From an uncultured Gemmatimonadales bacterium (lineage in GTDB: Bacteria > Gemmatimonadota > Gemmatimonadetes > Gemmatimonadales > GWC2-71-9), in contig CAWJIM010000023.1 in assembly GCA_963842945.1 (NCBI GenBank), forward strand, positions 32,001 through 96,000: a stretch of 64,000 nt of DNA, written 5' to 3'. The notes below the pieces were generated by a model. That model was not told where the DNA came from. It ran no database searches and was given only the letters and a program-made list of their open reading frames with translations. The translations under genes and the position numbers were made by a program. The first letter of the stretch is position 1. Every line of letters begins with the position of its first letter. Positions 17,362-27,846 of the stretch are shown here, in pieces.

Positions 17362-17726
17362 TCACTGCGCCTCACCCCGGAGGCCCGGGCCTCGTGGATC
17401 TTGGGCTTCGTGCGCCAGCAGCCGCTCGGCGAAGTCGACCCGCTCCTCCAGCTCGAGCACACGTGCCTGCAAGGTATCCAATTCGCCGAGTTGAGCCTGC
17501 AGCTGCTCGACGTCCGCCTTCAGGGCCGGATCGGTGTTGCCTTTGCCTTCCAGCCGCCGGGCAAACGCTCGCATCAGCGGCCAGAGGATGATCACTGTCG
17601 CTGCCAGGGCGGCGATCACGATGAGCAGCGACGACCGGCGGGCCACCCTCGTTCAGGAAGATGAAGTTGGGGTCAAACGGCGGAGGCGGCGGTGTGGGCG
17701 GAACGGGCGGCAGCCTGGAGGATCAT
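17362..17726 (-). CDS. Small membrane-anchored coiled-coil protein (PspB-like), 5' part frameshifted
   Basis: Pro-rich N-terminus, one TM (LIVIAALAATVIILWPL), coiled coil ending ELEERVDFAERLL. Confidence 0.7.
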
Positions 17727-17979
17727 CGGGCCTCTCTCCCTTTCCCAGTCTCCTGCCGGTCCTGGGTCTGGACAGGAGCCGCTCGGCGAAATCCACCCGC
17801 TCGTGCAGCTCGGCGACTTCCTGCCGCAGAGCGTCCACTTCGGCCAGCAGTTCGGGGTCCTGGGTGGGCGTTACCCTCCCCCGGATCCGCTCGGCCAAGG
17901 CTCTGCCGACTGGACTGATCGAAAGGAGGAACAGGGTTCCGCCGCCGAACAGAAAAGTGATCGCGAACAGGCCTTCCAC
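17723..17979 (-). CDS. Small membrane-anchored coiled-coil protein (PspB-like), paralogue of the downstream gene
   Basis: GGAGG RBS; MEGLFAITFLFGGGTLFLLSISPVGRALAERIRG...ELHERVDFAERLL. Confidence 0.72.
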
Positions 17980-18028
17980 TAAGCAAATCCTCCGCTTGAC
18001 TCGAGATTGAGGCTCTTCCCGTCCTTCA

Positions 18029-18055
18029 TACGGGGCGGCACCCCTCGTTGTTTCA
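18029..18055 (-). promoter_or_regulatory. Putative ECF-sigma (SigW-like) promoter of the psp operon
   Basis: Minus strand TGAAAC-17 nt-CGTA, 50 nt upstream of the first start codon. Confidence 0.6.
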
Positions 18056-18095
18056 CAACGAAACGAGCATCTTTAGCGGGTGAGCGCCGAGAGGC

Positions 18096-18311
18096 TTAAA
18101 CCAGTTCGACTGCCTGGATCGCGGCTAGCGAGACCGCGATCTCCGTCTCGTCATCTCCGGCGGGCTTTAGGTAGACTTCATGGGCGGTGACATGGGTATC
18201 CACGCTCAATGGGATCCCCACCAGTTCCGTCTGCGACCGGGTGATGATGCGCACGAGCTGCTCGTGCCCCCCGGCATAACCCAGCAGGGCGACGATATCC
18301 TCGTAAGTCAT
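18096..18311 (-). CDS. Small hypothetical protein (about 71 aa)
   Basis: AAGGGAG RBS; MTYEDIVALLGYAGGHEQLVRIITRSQTELVGIPLSVD...SLAAIQAVELV. Confidence 0.65.
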   Translation of the reverse strand: MTYEDIVALLGYAGGHEQLVRIITRSQTELVGIPLSVDTHVTAHEVYLKPAGDDETEIAVSLAAIQAVELV

Positions 18312-18420
18312 CTGGACTCCCTTTTCGCTGGAACTCATAATCTAGACTTCGTGGCGGTGCCTCGCCATGAGGATCTTTGATTCCGGAACCCCGCGTAGTT
18401 CTCCACTTTTAGGAGCGTTC

Positions 18421-18939
18421 ATGATCCGCGCCACGTTGATCTGTACCCTGGGCTTGGCAGCCGGCACAGCTCGAGATGCACAGGCCCAGAACCAAACGCT
18501 GGCGCCGGAGAACCAAAAGCTGGAGACGGAGTCCGCACTTTCTCTTTCGGGCATGGTTGGCGGTAAGCCGATCCAGGTCAACGGGGCCGGCACCTGCCGT
18601 CACGCTGCGGACGCGTCGATCGAAGGAAGGTCCGTCTCACTCTGGACCGTGGAGTACCGCGGATCGGATGAGGGAACGGTAAAGCAGCTGGATTTGACTC
18701 TCCGCCGGCCGAAGGACGGTGGACCCGACCAGCTGTCTTTCAAGCTGAAGGGCAAGGCCGGCGATCACCGAATCGAGACCGGGCCCCAGGGGAAGCCTAA
18801 GGGCCAGGGAACGGTGACTATCCTCCCCAGCGGTCCCGGCGGAAGGCTCGAGCTCAGCGGCAAGGATGCCAAAGGGAAACCGATCCAGATCTCTATAGAT
18901 TGTCCCGCCTTCAGTGAGGCAGGAGCGGGGGATAGCTGA
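18421..18939 (+). CDS. Secreted hypothetical protein, paralogue A
   Basis: AGGAG RBS; signal peptide ending AQA; similar to 19034..19543. Confidence 0.75.
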   Translation: MIRATLICTLGLAAGTARDAQAQNQTLAPENQKLETESALSLSGMVGGKPIQVNGAGTCRHAADASIEGRSVSLWTVEYRGSDEGTVKQLDLTLRRPKDGGPDQLSFKLKGKAGDHRIETGPQGKPKGQGTVTILPSGPGGRLELSGKDAKGKPIQISIDCPAFSEAGAGDS

Positions 18940-19033
18940 GGAATGTACCCGGGGTGAGAAGAACCTCGGTTCGGCTGCGTCCTACTCTTAGCGTCCGAGT
19001 ACCCAGATAACCAGTCAATAATCAGGAGAGACC

Positions 19034-19543
19034 ATGCTCCGCATTACCGCACTGGCTGCCCTGCTGGCATTGGCGAGCGGCACCCGGGAGGCGGCGGCCC
19101 AGCGCCGTGCGCCCGGTCAGCCCGGCACCGAAACCAGCAAAGTGAGTGTCATCGCCCGCCTGGGCACCAAGTCCTATACCTCCAATATCGCCGGCACCTG
19201 TAAGCACGAGCCGTCAGCCTCGATCTACGACATCCCGGCAGCGCTCTATCTGGTGGAGGCTTCAGGGGGCGACGCCAGCGAGATCAAACAGCTGAACCTC
19301 ACCCTGTGGCGGCCCAAGAATGGCAGCCCCGACCAGATCTCTCTCTCGCTCGGGGCCGGGACCAATACCTACAGCATCGACGTCAACCCGAGAGCTCCGG
19401 CAGCGGGCGCGGCCACTGCTGAGCTTCGTAAGGAGGGGGCGGGTGGGACCCTGGAACTCAAAGGGAAAGACGCCAAGGGTACCCCGTTGAATCTGACGAT
19501 CGGCTGCCCCACCTTCGCCGGTGTAGTAGCAGAGGGGGGCTGA
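19034..19543 (+). CDS. Secreted hypothetical protein, paralogue B
   Basis: AGGAG RBS; signal peptide; shares GTCxH, KQLxLTLxRPKxGxPDQ and LELxGKDAKG...CPxF with A. Confidence 0.78.
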   Translation: MLRITALAALLALASGTREAAAQRRAPGQPGTETSKVSVIARLGTKSYTSNIAGTCKHEPSASIYDIPAALYLVEASGGDASEIKQLNLTLWRPKNGSPDQISLSLGAGTNTYSIDVNPRAPAAGAATAELRKEGAGGTLELKGKDAKGTPLNLTIGCPTFAGVVAEGG

Positions 19544-19551
19544 GCCGGGAG

Positions 19552-21856
19552 TCAGCGCGTACCACTGGCAGCCCGTTCTGTGGCTTGGGCCGGAGCCGAA
19601 CCCTCTGCCTTGAGATTCTGGTCCAGGTAGCGGGTGATCAGCTCGAACAGATGGAGCTGGGTGTTCCTTCCCTGGCAGACGCAGTGGGTCCGGTTGGGGT
19701 ACTCCATCATGGTGAACGGCTTGTTGGCGGCGACCAGCGCGTTGATCAGCACCTCACTGTTCTGAAAGTGCACATTGTCGTCGCCGCTGCCGTGGACCAG
19801 CAGCAGGTTTCCCTTGAGCCCATTCACGTAGCGTCAGCGGCGACCCGCGGTCGTAGCCGGCCTTGTTCTCGGTCGGCAGCCCGTTGAACCGCTCGGTATA
19901 CACGTTGTCGTACAGCGACCAGTGGGTCACCGGAGAGACCGCAACCGCCGTGCGGAACAGGTCGGGGTGTTGAAAGAGCGTGTTGAGGCTCATGAAGCCG
20001 CCGTAGCTCCAGCCCCAGATCCCGATCCGTCCGGTGTCCACATACGATCGCTGCGCCAGCGTGCGGGCCGCGGCTGGCCTGGTCCCGCGTCTCCACCACG
20101 CCCAAGCTGGCCATAGATCGACTTGCGCCAGGCTCGGCCCAGCGGCGCCGGGGTTCCGTGGTTGTCGACGCTGGCCACGAGGTAGCCCTTCTGGGTGAGC
20201 ATCAGGTGCCAGAGGTAGTATGAGCCCCAGGCGTCGTTCACCGTGGAGTAGCCGGGCCCGCCATACACATGGAGGAGCAGCGGATACTTCCGGGTGGAGT
20301 CGAAGTCGGCCGGCTTCATCATATACGGCCGGCATCCGGGCGCCGTCCTCGGCCGGGAATGCTGAAGAACTCGACCTGTCCCTTGCGGAGCGTGGCCAGC
20401 CGGCTCGCGCAGTCCAGCATTGTCGATCAGGGTCCGGATTACCTCATGCCCGGGCAGGCGGACCAGCCGGATTACCGGCGGCTTGCCGAAGCTGGAGTAC
20501 GTCTCCAGCGCATAGCGGAAGTTGGGCGCGACGTCATAGCCGTGGGTGCCCGATTCGTCCCGGGGGAAAGCCGCTCCGCGCGCGCCTTTGCCGTCGAGCC
20601 GGGTGCGGTAGAGATAGCGCTGGGCAGGGCTGGTCCGGCGAGGCCAGGTAGTAGAGCCAGCCGCCCTTTTCGTCGGTGCCCAGCACCTCGGACACATCGA
20701 ACGCGCCCCGGGTCACCAGCCGGACCGACTTCCCATCGCGCGAGACCAGATAGACGTGGTTCCAGCCGTCGCGCTCGCTGACCCAGAGTGAAGTTCTTCC
20801 CGCCCTTAAGCCAGGTGAGTCTCGTCCGCCACGTCCACCCAGGTGCTGTCCCGCTCGGTCAGCACCGTGCGCACCTTCCGGTCCGGGCGTCGCCCAGCAT
20901 GACTTCGTTGGTGTTCTGCAGCCGGTTGAGCCGCTGGAGCACCACCTCGTTCGAGCTGGCCGCCCAGTCCATTCGGGCGATGTAGTGGTTCCGCGGATCG
21001 CCCTGGAATCTCCAGCCACCGGGTCGGCTCCGCCGGCCGCGCTGACGATGCCTACTCGCGCCGCGGAGTTGGCCTCTCCCGCCTTGGGATACTGGACCGG
21101 GATGACCCGCGAGTACAGCGAGTCGGTGTTGTTGATCAGGTTGAAGTCTTTGACCTGGTCGGCATTCAGCTGCCAGTAGGCGATGCTCCGGCCGTCCGGG
21201 CTCCAGCGCCAGCCATCGGCGTAGTAGTTCATCAACTCCTCTTCGTACACCCAATCGAAGGTCCCGTTGATGACCGTCCGCGAGCCGTCCGTGGTGAGCG
21301 GAGTGATGGCGCCGGCTCGCCAGATCCTCCACGTAGAGATTGTTCTCCCGGACATACCCCACCCGCGTCCGTCGGGAGAGAATTTGGCAAACATCAGCGT
21401 GGACGGCTTGGCACTCGCTTCCCCCCAAGCTGGCTGCAGCCGGCCGCTGGAGCGATCCAGCACCCAGTAGTCGCCCCGCGTGTTGAGCCGCCACACCGGC
21501 TGGGTGTTGGTGAAGATCAGGAGCATCTTGTTGTCGGGCGACCAGGCGTACTCCTCGACCCGCAGCGGAACGCTGTCTCCCTGGGGGATGAACTGCCGGG
21601 CCGCGACCAGTACCTCGCGGCCGCCGCGCTCGGTGTCGTAGCGCACCAGGTTCTGCCCGCCGTGCTTCGATCTCCTCCAGCGTGGTGTAGGAGGAGCCGT
21701 CGCCCAGCCATCGGGCGGGTCCGAAGGTCTGGCTCCGGAACTCGCGGCGTGCCGTAGATCCGCTGCACCGAAAGCAGGCTGGAATCGGATTGCTGGGCGC
21801 GGAGCGGAGCGGCAACCGAGAGCAGCGAGCAGGAAGGATCGGGTGACACGTGTCAC
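19552..21856 (-). CDS. S9B dipeptidyl-peptidase IV family protein (many frameshifts)
   Basis: NGTFDWVYEEEL, YPKAGEANS, HVYGGPG, GIWGWSYGG (Ser), HGSGDDNVHFQN (Asp), YPNRTH (His). Confidence 0.92.
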
Positions 21857-21937
21857 AGAAGATTCCACGGGTGAAGGTGGACCATGCGATCGAACTGAAT
21901 CGCAACGACGCATTATACCACAGGGAAGTGAGAGGCC

Positions 21938-22770
21938 ATGAGCGCATCAATTGGTAATCACCGCGACTTGCGTCGCTGATCGGGGTCGCGAGCGTCGTGC
22001 TGGTGGCCTGTTCCTCCGCCGCGGACCGGCCAGCCAGCCGCGACACCACGGCGATGACGACCGCGGCGGCTCCCGATACCGCTACGTCGGCCAGCCAGCG
22101 GGGCCGCCGAGACCTCGGGCATGGCCACAGACACTACGGCAATCCGGACTCAAAGTGCCGGCGAGACCCAGACCCCACCGGCCAAGCCGCGGGTGCGGCC
22201 CTCGATCGATCCCGGGCGTAAGTCCACCCCGGCATCATCCGGCAAGGCTGCCCCTCGCGACACGGCTACCTCAGCTCCCAGCGAAACGACCACGCAACCG
22301 GCGTCGGCGATACCGGCGGCTCGGCTCAGGCATCCACCGCGGCATCGGGCCAGGACAAGTATCTGAAGTGGGATGCTGGAAGCAAGACAGCGACCTTCGA
22401 GCTGCATGCCGGCCCCTTCACCTTCAACGGCTTCTCCAATGGAGGAGGAACTCTGACCCTGCCTCCTAAGTGCGAACGTAGTGATCAACTTCATCAACAA
22501 GGACGGAACGCCTCATAGCGCTGAGGTCATTCCGGGCGAAGGCGCCATTCCCAACCGGCGGCCGACCAGCAATTCCGCGAGCCTACACCACCAAGGTCCT
22601 GGAAGGTCTGCCGCAGGAGGGATCCGACAACATGCAAGTTCACGGTACCCGGATCGGGCACTTACCGCATCTTCTGCGGGGTGCCCGGACACGGCCTGTC
22701 AGGTATGTGGATCTGGATGAAGATCGATCCCGCGGCCAAGACGCCGAGTTTCGGGGCGACCAAGAAATAG
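21938..22770 (+). CDS. Sulfocyanin/rusticyanin-like cupredoxin lipoprotein with a long Ser/Thr/Pro/Ala-rich linker (frameshifted)
   Basis: Lipobox LVAC; reconstructed C-terminal domain FTFNGFSNGGGTLTLP...INFINKDGTPHSAEV...GTYRIFCGVPGHGLSGMWIW (His...Cys-x4-His-x4-Met). Confidence 0.78.
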
Positions 22771-22849
22771 TCGAGAGTCACGGGTCACGAGTCACGAGCA
22801 TAGGCGGTCGCAACTCGCCCGCGTGACTCGCGACTCGTGTCTCGTGACT
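22769..22849. repeat. Heptamer-repeat palindrome between convergent genes
   Basis: AGTCGAG AGTCACG GGTCACG AGTCACG AG ... CGTGACTCGCGACTCGTGTCTCGTGACT. Confidence 0.85.
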
Positions 22850-22863
22850 GTCTTCAGTAACCC

Positions 22864-25731
22864 CTACGCCTTCTTGCAGAAACTGCCCGGTGTAGCTCCG
22901 CTCCACCTCCGCCACATCCTCGGGCGTGCCGGCGGCCACCACTTCCCCGCCCCGCTCGCCACCCTCGGGACCCAGGTCGATGATCCAGTCGGCCGTCTTG
23001 ATCACATCGAGATTGTGCTCGATCACGACGACGCTGTTGCCCTTGTCAACCAGGCGGTGCAGCACATCCAGCAGCAGTCGTACATCCTCGAAGTGCAGGC
23101 CGGTGGTGGGCTCATCCAGGATGTACAGGGTCCGGCCGGTGTCTCGCTTTGCCAGCTCGGTGGCGAGCTTCACCCGCTGCGCCTCGCCGCCGGACAGTGT
23201 GGTCGCCGCCTGGCCCAAATGGATGTATCCCAGCCCAACGTCATTCAGCAGCTCCAGCTTCTCGGCGATGCGCCGCTGGTTGCTGAAGAACTCGAGCGCG
23301 TCTTCCACCGTGAGATCGAGCACGTCGGCAATGCTCCGGCCCTTGTAACGCACCTCCAGGGTTTCCCGATTGTACCGCCGTCCCTTGCACACCTCGCAGG
23401 GGACGTAGACGTCGGGCAGGAAGTGCATCTCGATCTTGACCAGGCCATCGCCCTGACAGGCCTCGCAGCGCCCGCCCTTCACGTTGAAGGAGAAGCGGCC
23501 CGGTCCGTACCCCCGCATCTTGGCATCGGGCAGCTGAGTGAACAGCTCCCGGATGGGGGTGAAGAGTCCGGTATACGTGGCCGGATTGGATCGCGGCGTG
23601 CGCCCGATGGGACTCTGATCGATGTCGATCACCTTATCGATCAGATCCAGCCCCTCGATCCTGGAATGGGATGCCGGGGACGACCTTGGCCCGATAAAAG
23701 TGACGCGCCAGGGCCTGGTACAGAATGTCGGTGACCAGGGTGGACTTCCCCGAGCCCGACACCCCGGTGACGGCGACGAACAGACCGAGAGGGATCTCGA
23801 CCGTGAGGTTCTTCAGATTGTTCGCCCGGGCGCCCGACGATGCGGAGCCGATGCTGGGCTGGCGCCTCTCGCCGGCCAGGCGGGACCGGAATCCGCAGTT
23901 CGTCGCGGAGGTACCTGCCGGTCAGCGAGTCAGGATGGCTGCGGATGTCTTCGACCGTGCCCTCGGCCACCACCTCGCCGCCGAAGCGGCCGGCCCGGGG
24001 GCCCAGATCGATCACGTGGTCCGCCGACTGGATGGTGTCCTGGTCGTGCTCCACCACGATCACCGTATTCCCCAGATCTCTCAGGCCTCTCAGCGTGTCC
24101 AGCAGCCGTTCGTTATCCCGCTGGTGCAGGCCGATGCTCGGCTCATCGAGGATGTAGAGCACGCCCACCAGCCGAGAGCCGATCTGGGTGGCCAGCCTGA
24201 TCCGCTGGGTCTCGCCGCCCGAGAGCGAGGTGGCGCCTCGGCCGAGGGTCAGGTAATCGAGACCCACGTCGCGAAGAAAGCGGAGGCGATCGATCACTTC
24301 CTTGAGAATCGGTCCCGCGATGTCAGGATCGAGCCCTCCCCTGCCATTGCCGGATGACCCCCCAGCGCCGCGCAGCGGGATGCTCTCGAAGAATTCGATG
24401 GCCCGCTGGATCGGCAGGTCCACCACGTCGCCGATGCTGGTGCCGTTGCACCAGTACCGCAAGGCTCTCCGGGTCGCAGCCGCTTTCCCTTGCAGGTCTG
24501 GCAGGGCTGCTCGATCATGAACTCCTCGAGGGTGGCCCGAACGCTGTCGCTGGTGGACTCGCGATAGCGCCGCTCGATGTTTCGGAGCACGCCCTCCCAT
24601 TCGCTCTCGTACTCGCCCCGGCCCCGACGCACCGTCGGTCTGGAACTTGAATCGGCCTGGTGCCCCGTGAAGCAGAGCATGCGGGCCGCCTCGCTGTGCT
24701 CGCCCCAGGGTGCGTTCAGTTCGAACTTGAACGCCTTGGCCAGGGTGGGCAGCACGATCTTCCGCAGGTAGCCGCTGGGCTCGCCCCATGGCAGGATGAC
24801 CCCTTCCAGAATGGAAATGCTGGGATCGCCGAGCACCAGCTCGGCATTCACCTCGCGCCGGGTGCCGACGCCGTGGCAGTCGGGGCACGCGCCAAACGGA
24901 GAATTGAAGGAGAACTGCCGGGGCTCGAGCTCCGGAAGCGAGAGCCCGCAGACCGGACAGGCAAAGCGCTCCGAGAAGACGACGGAACGTGGGGACGTTG
25001 GAACCCGCTCCGCCGTGCGTTACCACCTCCACGATCCATCCGCCGTCTTCAACGCGGTCTCGATCGAATCGTTCAGCCGGGACCGATCGCTGGGGCGCAC
25101 CACCAGGCGGTCCACCACGATGGCGATGTCGTGGTTCTGCCGCCGGTTCAGCGCCGGCACCGACCCCAGGTCGTAGGTCTGTCCGTCGACCCGAACCCGC
25201 ACGAAGCCCCGCTTGCGGACGTCTTCCAGCATGTCACGGAACTCGCCTTTGCGGCCTCGCACCAGCGGCGCCAGGACCTCGATCCGGCTCTCCTCCGGCC
25301 AGCTCAACACCGTGTCGGTGATCTGGGCCGCGCTCTGCCGGGTGACCGGGGTACCGTCATTGGGACAGTGGGGAATTCCGACTCGGGCCCAGAGCAGTCG
25401 CAGGTAGTCGTAGATCTCGGTCACGGTGCCTACGGTCGACCGCGGATTCTGCCCGGTGGTCTTCTGCTCGATGGAGATGGCCGGGGAAAGCCCTTCGATC
25501 GCGTCTACATCGGGCTTTTCCATGAGCCCCAGGAACTGCCGCGCGTACGCCGACAGCGACTCGACGTACCGCCGCTGTCCTTCGGCATAGATTGTGTCGA
25601 AGGCGAGCGACGATTTCCCCGAGCCTGAGAGGCCGGTGATGACGGTGAGACTGGTTCCGGGGAATCGCGACAGAGATGTTCTTGAGGTTGTGTTCGCGGG
25701 CGCCGCGCACCACCAGAAATTCCTGAGCCAT
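22864..25731 (-). CDS. uvrA: Excinuclease ABC subunit A (multiple frameshifts; stop position approximate)
   Basis: [81 protein letters not shown]. Confidence 0.97.
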
Positions 25732-25777
25732 AGCCCCGAAAGCTATCCGAAGGCGAAGCGCGGGGTCAATGGAAGGG

Positions 25778-25837
25778 AGTAGCAGTCGGCAGTCAAGATC
25801 TGACTGAGGAGCTGGCTGCAGACTGGCGACTGGTAAC
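25778..25837. repeat. Degenerate heptamer-repeat palindrome (AGTCGGC/GACTGGC variant)
   Basis: AGTAGC AGTCGGC AGTC ... TGACTG ... GACTGGC GACTGGT AAC in the divergent uvrA/TPR spacer. Confidence 0.5.
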
Positions 25838-25883
25838 CTCAGGCACTTACCCATCTACCATTGAGCATCCAAAGCTCTGAACG

Positions 25884-26579
25884 GTGGCAAATAACCGACA
25901 TGCACTCCCGCCAGCGTGGAAAACGGGACCGCCGCCTCCGCTCCTTCGCGGGACTGAGCTGTGGCGGAGCAGCGCCTCCAGCGGGCCGATGAGTTGGCCT
26001 CAAGCTCCTTTCCCGGGCAGGCCATCCGGCCCTACCGCGAGCTGCTCGAGCTGGAGCCCGAGCCACATCGAGGCTCGGCTGCATCTCGCCCGACTTCTGG
26101 ACCGGCTGGAGGAGGCCAACGACGCGGTGGACGTGCTCTCGGAGGGGCTGCGGCGGGCCCCGGATCAGACCGAGTTTCTGGTTCTACGGGGCTCCATTCT
26201 CGGCCGCCTGCAGCGGTATCGGGAGGCCGATGCGGATCTCCGCCGGGTCCTCCGGCTTCACCCCTCTCATGCTCCGGCCCAATTCGAGCTGGGGCTTCTG
26301 CTGTGGCGGCGCGGACTGGTGCAAGAGGCTGCAGTCTGCTTTCATCGAGCACTCGAGTTCCAACCCGACAACGCCAAGACCTACTACTACCTTGGCGATT
26401 CGCTCAATCAGCTGGGGGACCTGGCCGGGGCGCGCGCGCCGCTGTAGAACGGGCCCTTCAGGTAAGCCCCGACGATGCCAAGGCCTATCACCTCATGGGC
26501 CGGGTGCTTGACCGGCATGAGCCTGCCGGACCAGGCCCAGGAGATGTACCGCCGAGGGCGAGAGCTTGCCGGCCTGTGA
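25884..26579 (+). CDS. Tetratricopeptide repeat protein (frameshifted)
   Basis: Successive TPR units: HIEARLHLARLL, HPSHAPAQFELGLLL, QPDNAKTYYYLGDSL, SPDDAKAYHLMGRVL. Confidence 0.85.
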
Positions 26580-27072
26580 TCCGGGTCAGCGTCGAGGATC
26601 TCGCCCGGGTCAAGGCCGACGCCGTTCTTCGTCCTGCCGACGAGAGCCTCGGCCGCCCTCACCGATGCCATCGCCCGACTGGATGAGCAGGCGGGCCCGC
26701 GTTTTGCCGAGCAGCGGCGGTCTCAGCTCTCCGCTCAAGGCCGGGGCCGCCGTAGTGACCGGGAGTGGCGACCTGGCGGCCCCCTTCGTGCTCCACGTCG
26801 TGATCCAGGATCCGGAATCCGGACCGGCCGTGAGGTGGTGCGCCGCGGATTGCTGTCCGCCTGGCAGCGCGCAACCGACTGGGAGCTCGGCATTATCGCG
26901 GCCCCGCTGGTGGGAGCCGGTGCGGGTCAGCTGAGCGTGGAGGAAGCGGCCACCCTGCTGGCCGAGACGTTTCCTCCGGAGGCCGAAGGATGTCCCATCG
27001 AGCTGCACATCGTCAGTGGAGCGCGACGCCGACCGCGAGCTGGTCGAAGCCATCGTCCGGAGGATCGCGTGA
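26576..27072 (+). CDS. Macrodomain-fold protein with degenerate active-site motifs (frameshifted)
   Basis: [25 protein letters not shown]...[23 protein letters not shown]...[20 protein letters not shown]. Confidence 0.78.
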
Positions 27073-27831
27073 TCCGACTGATCCAGCTCACCAAGCGTTA
27101 CGGCCGGTTCACCGCAGTCGACGATATCGATCTGGAGGTCCCCAGCGGCGAGCTGTTCGGATTTCTCGGCCCCAACGGCGCCGGGCAAGACCACCACCTT
27201 CCGCATGATCGCGGGCATCCTCCGCCCGACCAGCGGCACGGTCGAGATCGGCGGCATCGACATCGACCGCACGGCCGCTCGAGGCCAAGGCCCGGCTGGG
27301 CTTCATTCCCGATCGTCCCTTCGTCTACGACAAGCTGACCGGCGGCGAGTTTCTCCGCTTCGCGGCCGCGCTGTACGGCCAGCAGGGGCCCGCGGTCGAG
27401 CGCCGGATCGACGAGCTGCTCGAGCTGTTCGAGCTGGCCCGCTGGAAGAACGAGCTCACCGAATCGTATAGCCACGGCATGCGGCAGAAGCTGATCATCT
27501 CCGGCGCGCTGGTGCATCGTCCCGAGGTGATCGTGGTGGACGAGCCGATGGTGGGTCTGGACCCGAAGAGCGCCCGCCTGCTGAAGGATCTGTTTCGTCA
27601 GTTCGTCGACCGAGGCGGCACGGTGCTGATGAGCACCCACACGCTGGAGGTGGCCGAGACGATGTGCGACCGTATCGCCATCGTTCACGGCGGCAAGATC
27701 GTCGCCCACGGGAACCATGGCCGAGCTGCAGGAGCAGACCTCCTCGGAGGATCTCGGGCTGGAGGAACTCTTCCTCAAGCTCACCGGCGGCATGCGGGAG
27801 CACCAGCTCGACACCATCCTCGATCGCCTGA
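27069..27831 (+). CDS. ABC transporter ATP-binding protein (frameshifted)
   Basis: [14 protein letters not shown](TT), [39 protein letters not shown]. Confidence 0.92.
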
Positions 27832-27846
27832 TCCCGTGACAGCCCA

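Noticed and set aside
21843..21856. Perfect 14-bp palindrome GTGACACGTGTCAC
   Set aside because: Single occurrence overlapping the probable DPP-IV start; no second copy or cognate regulator to support an operator call
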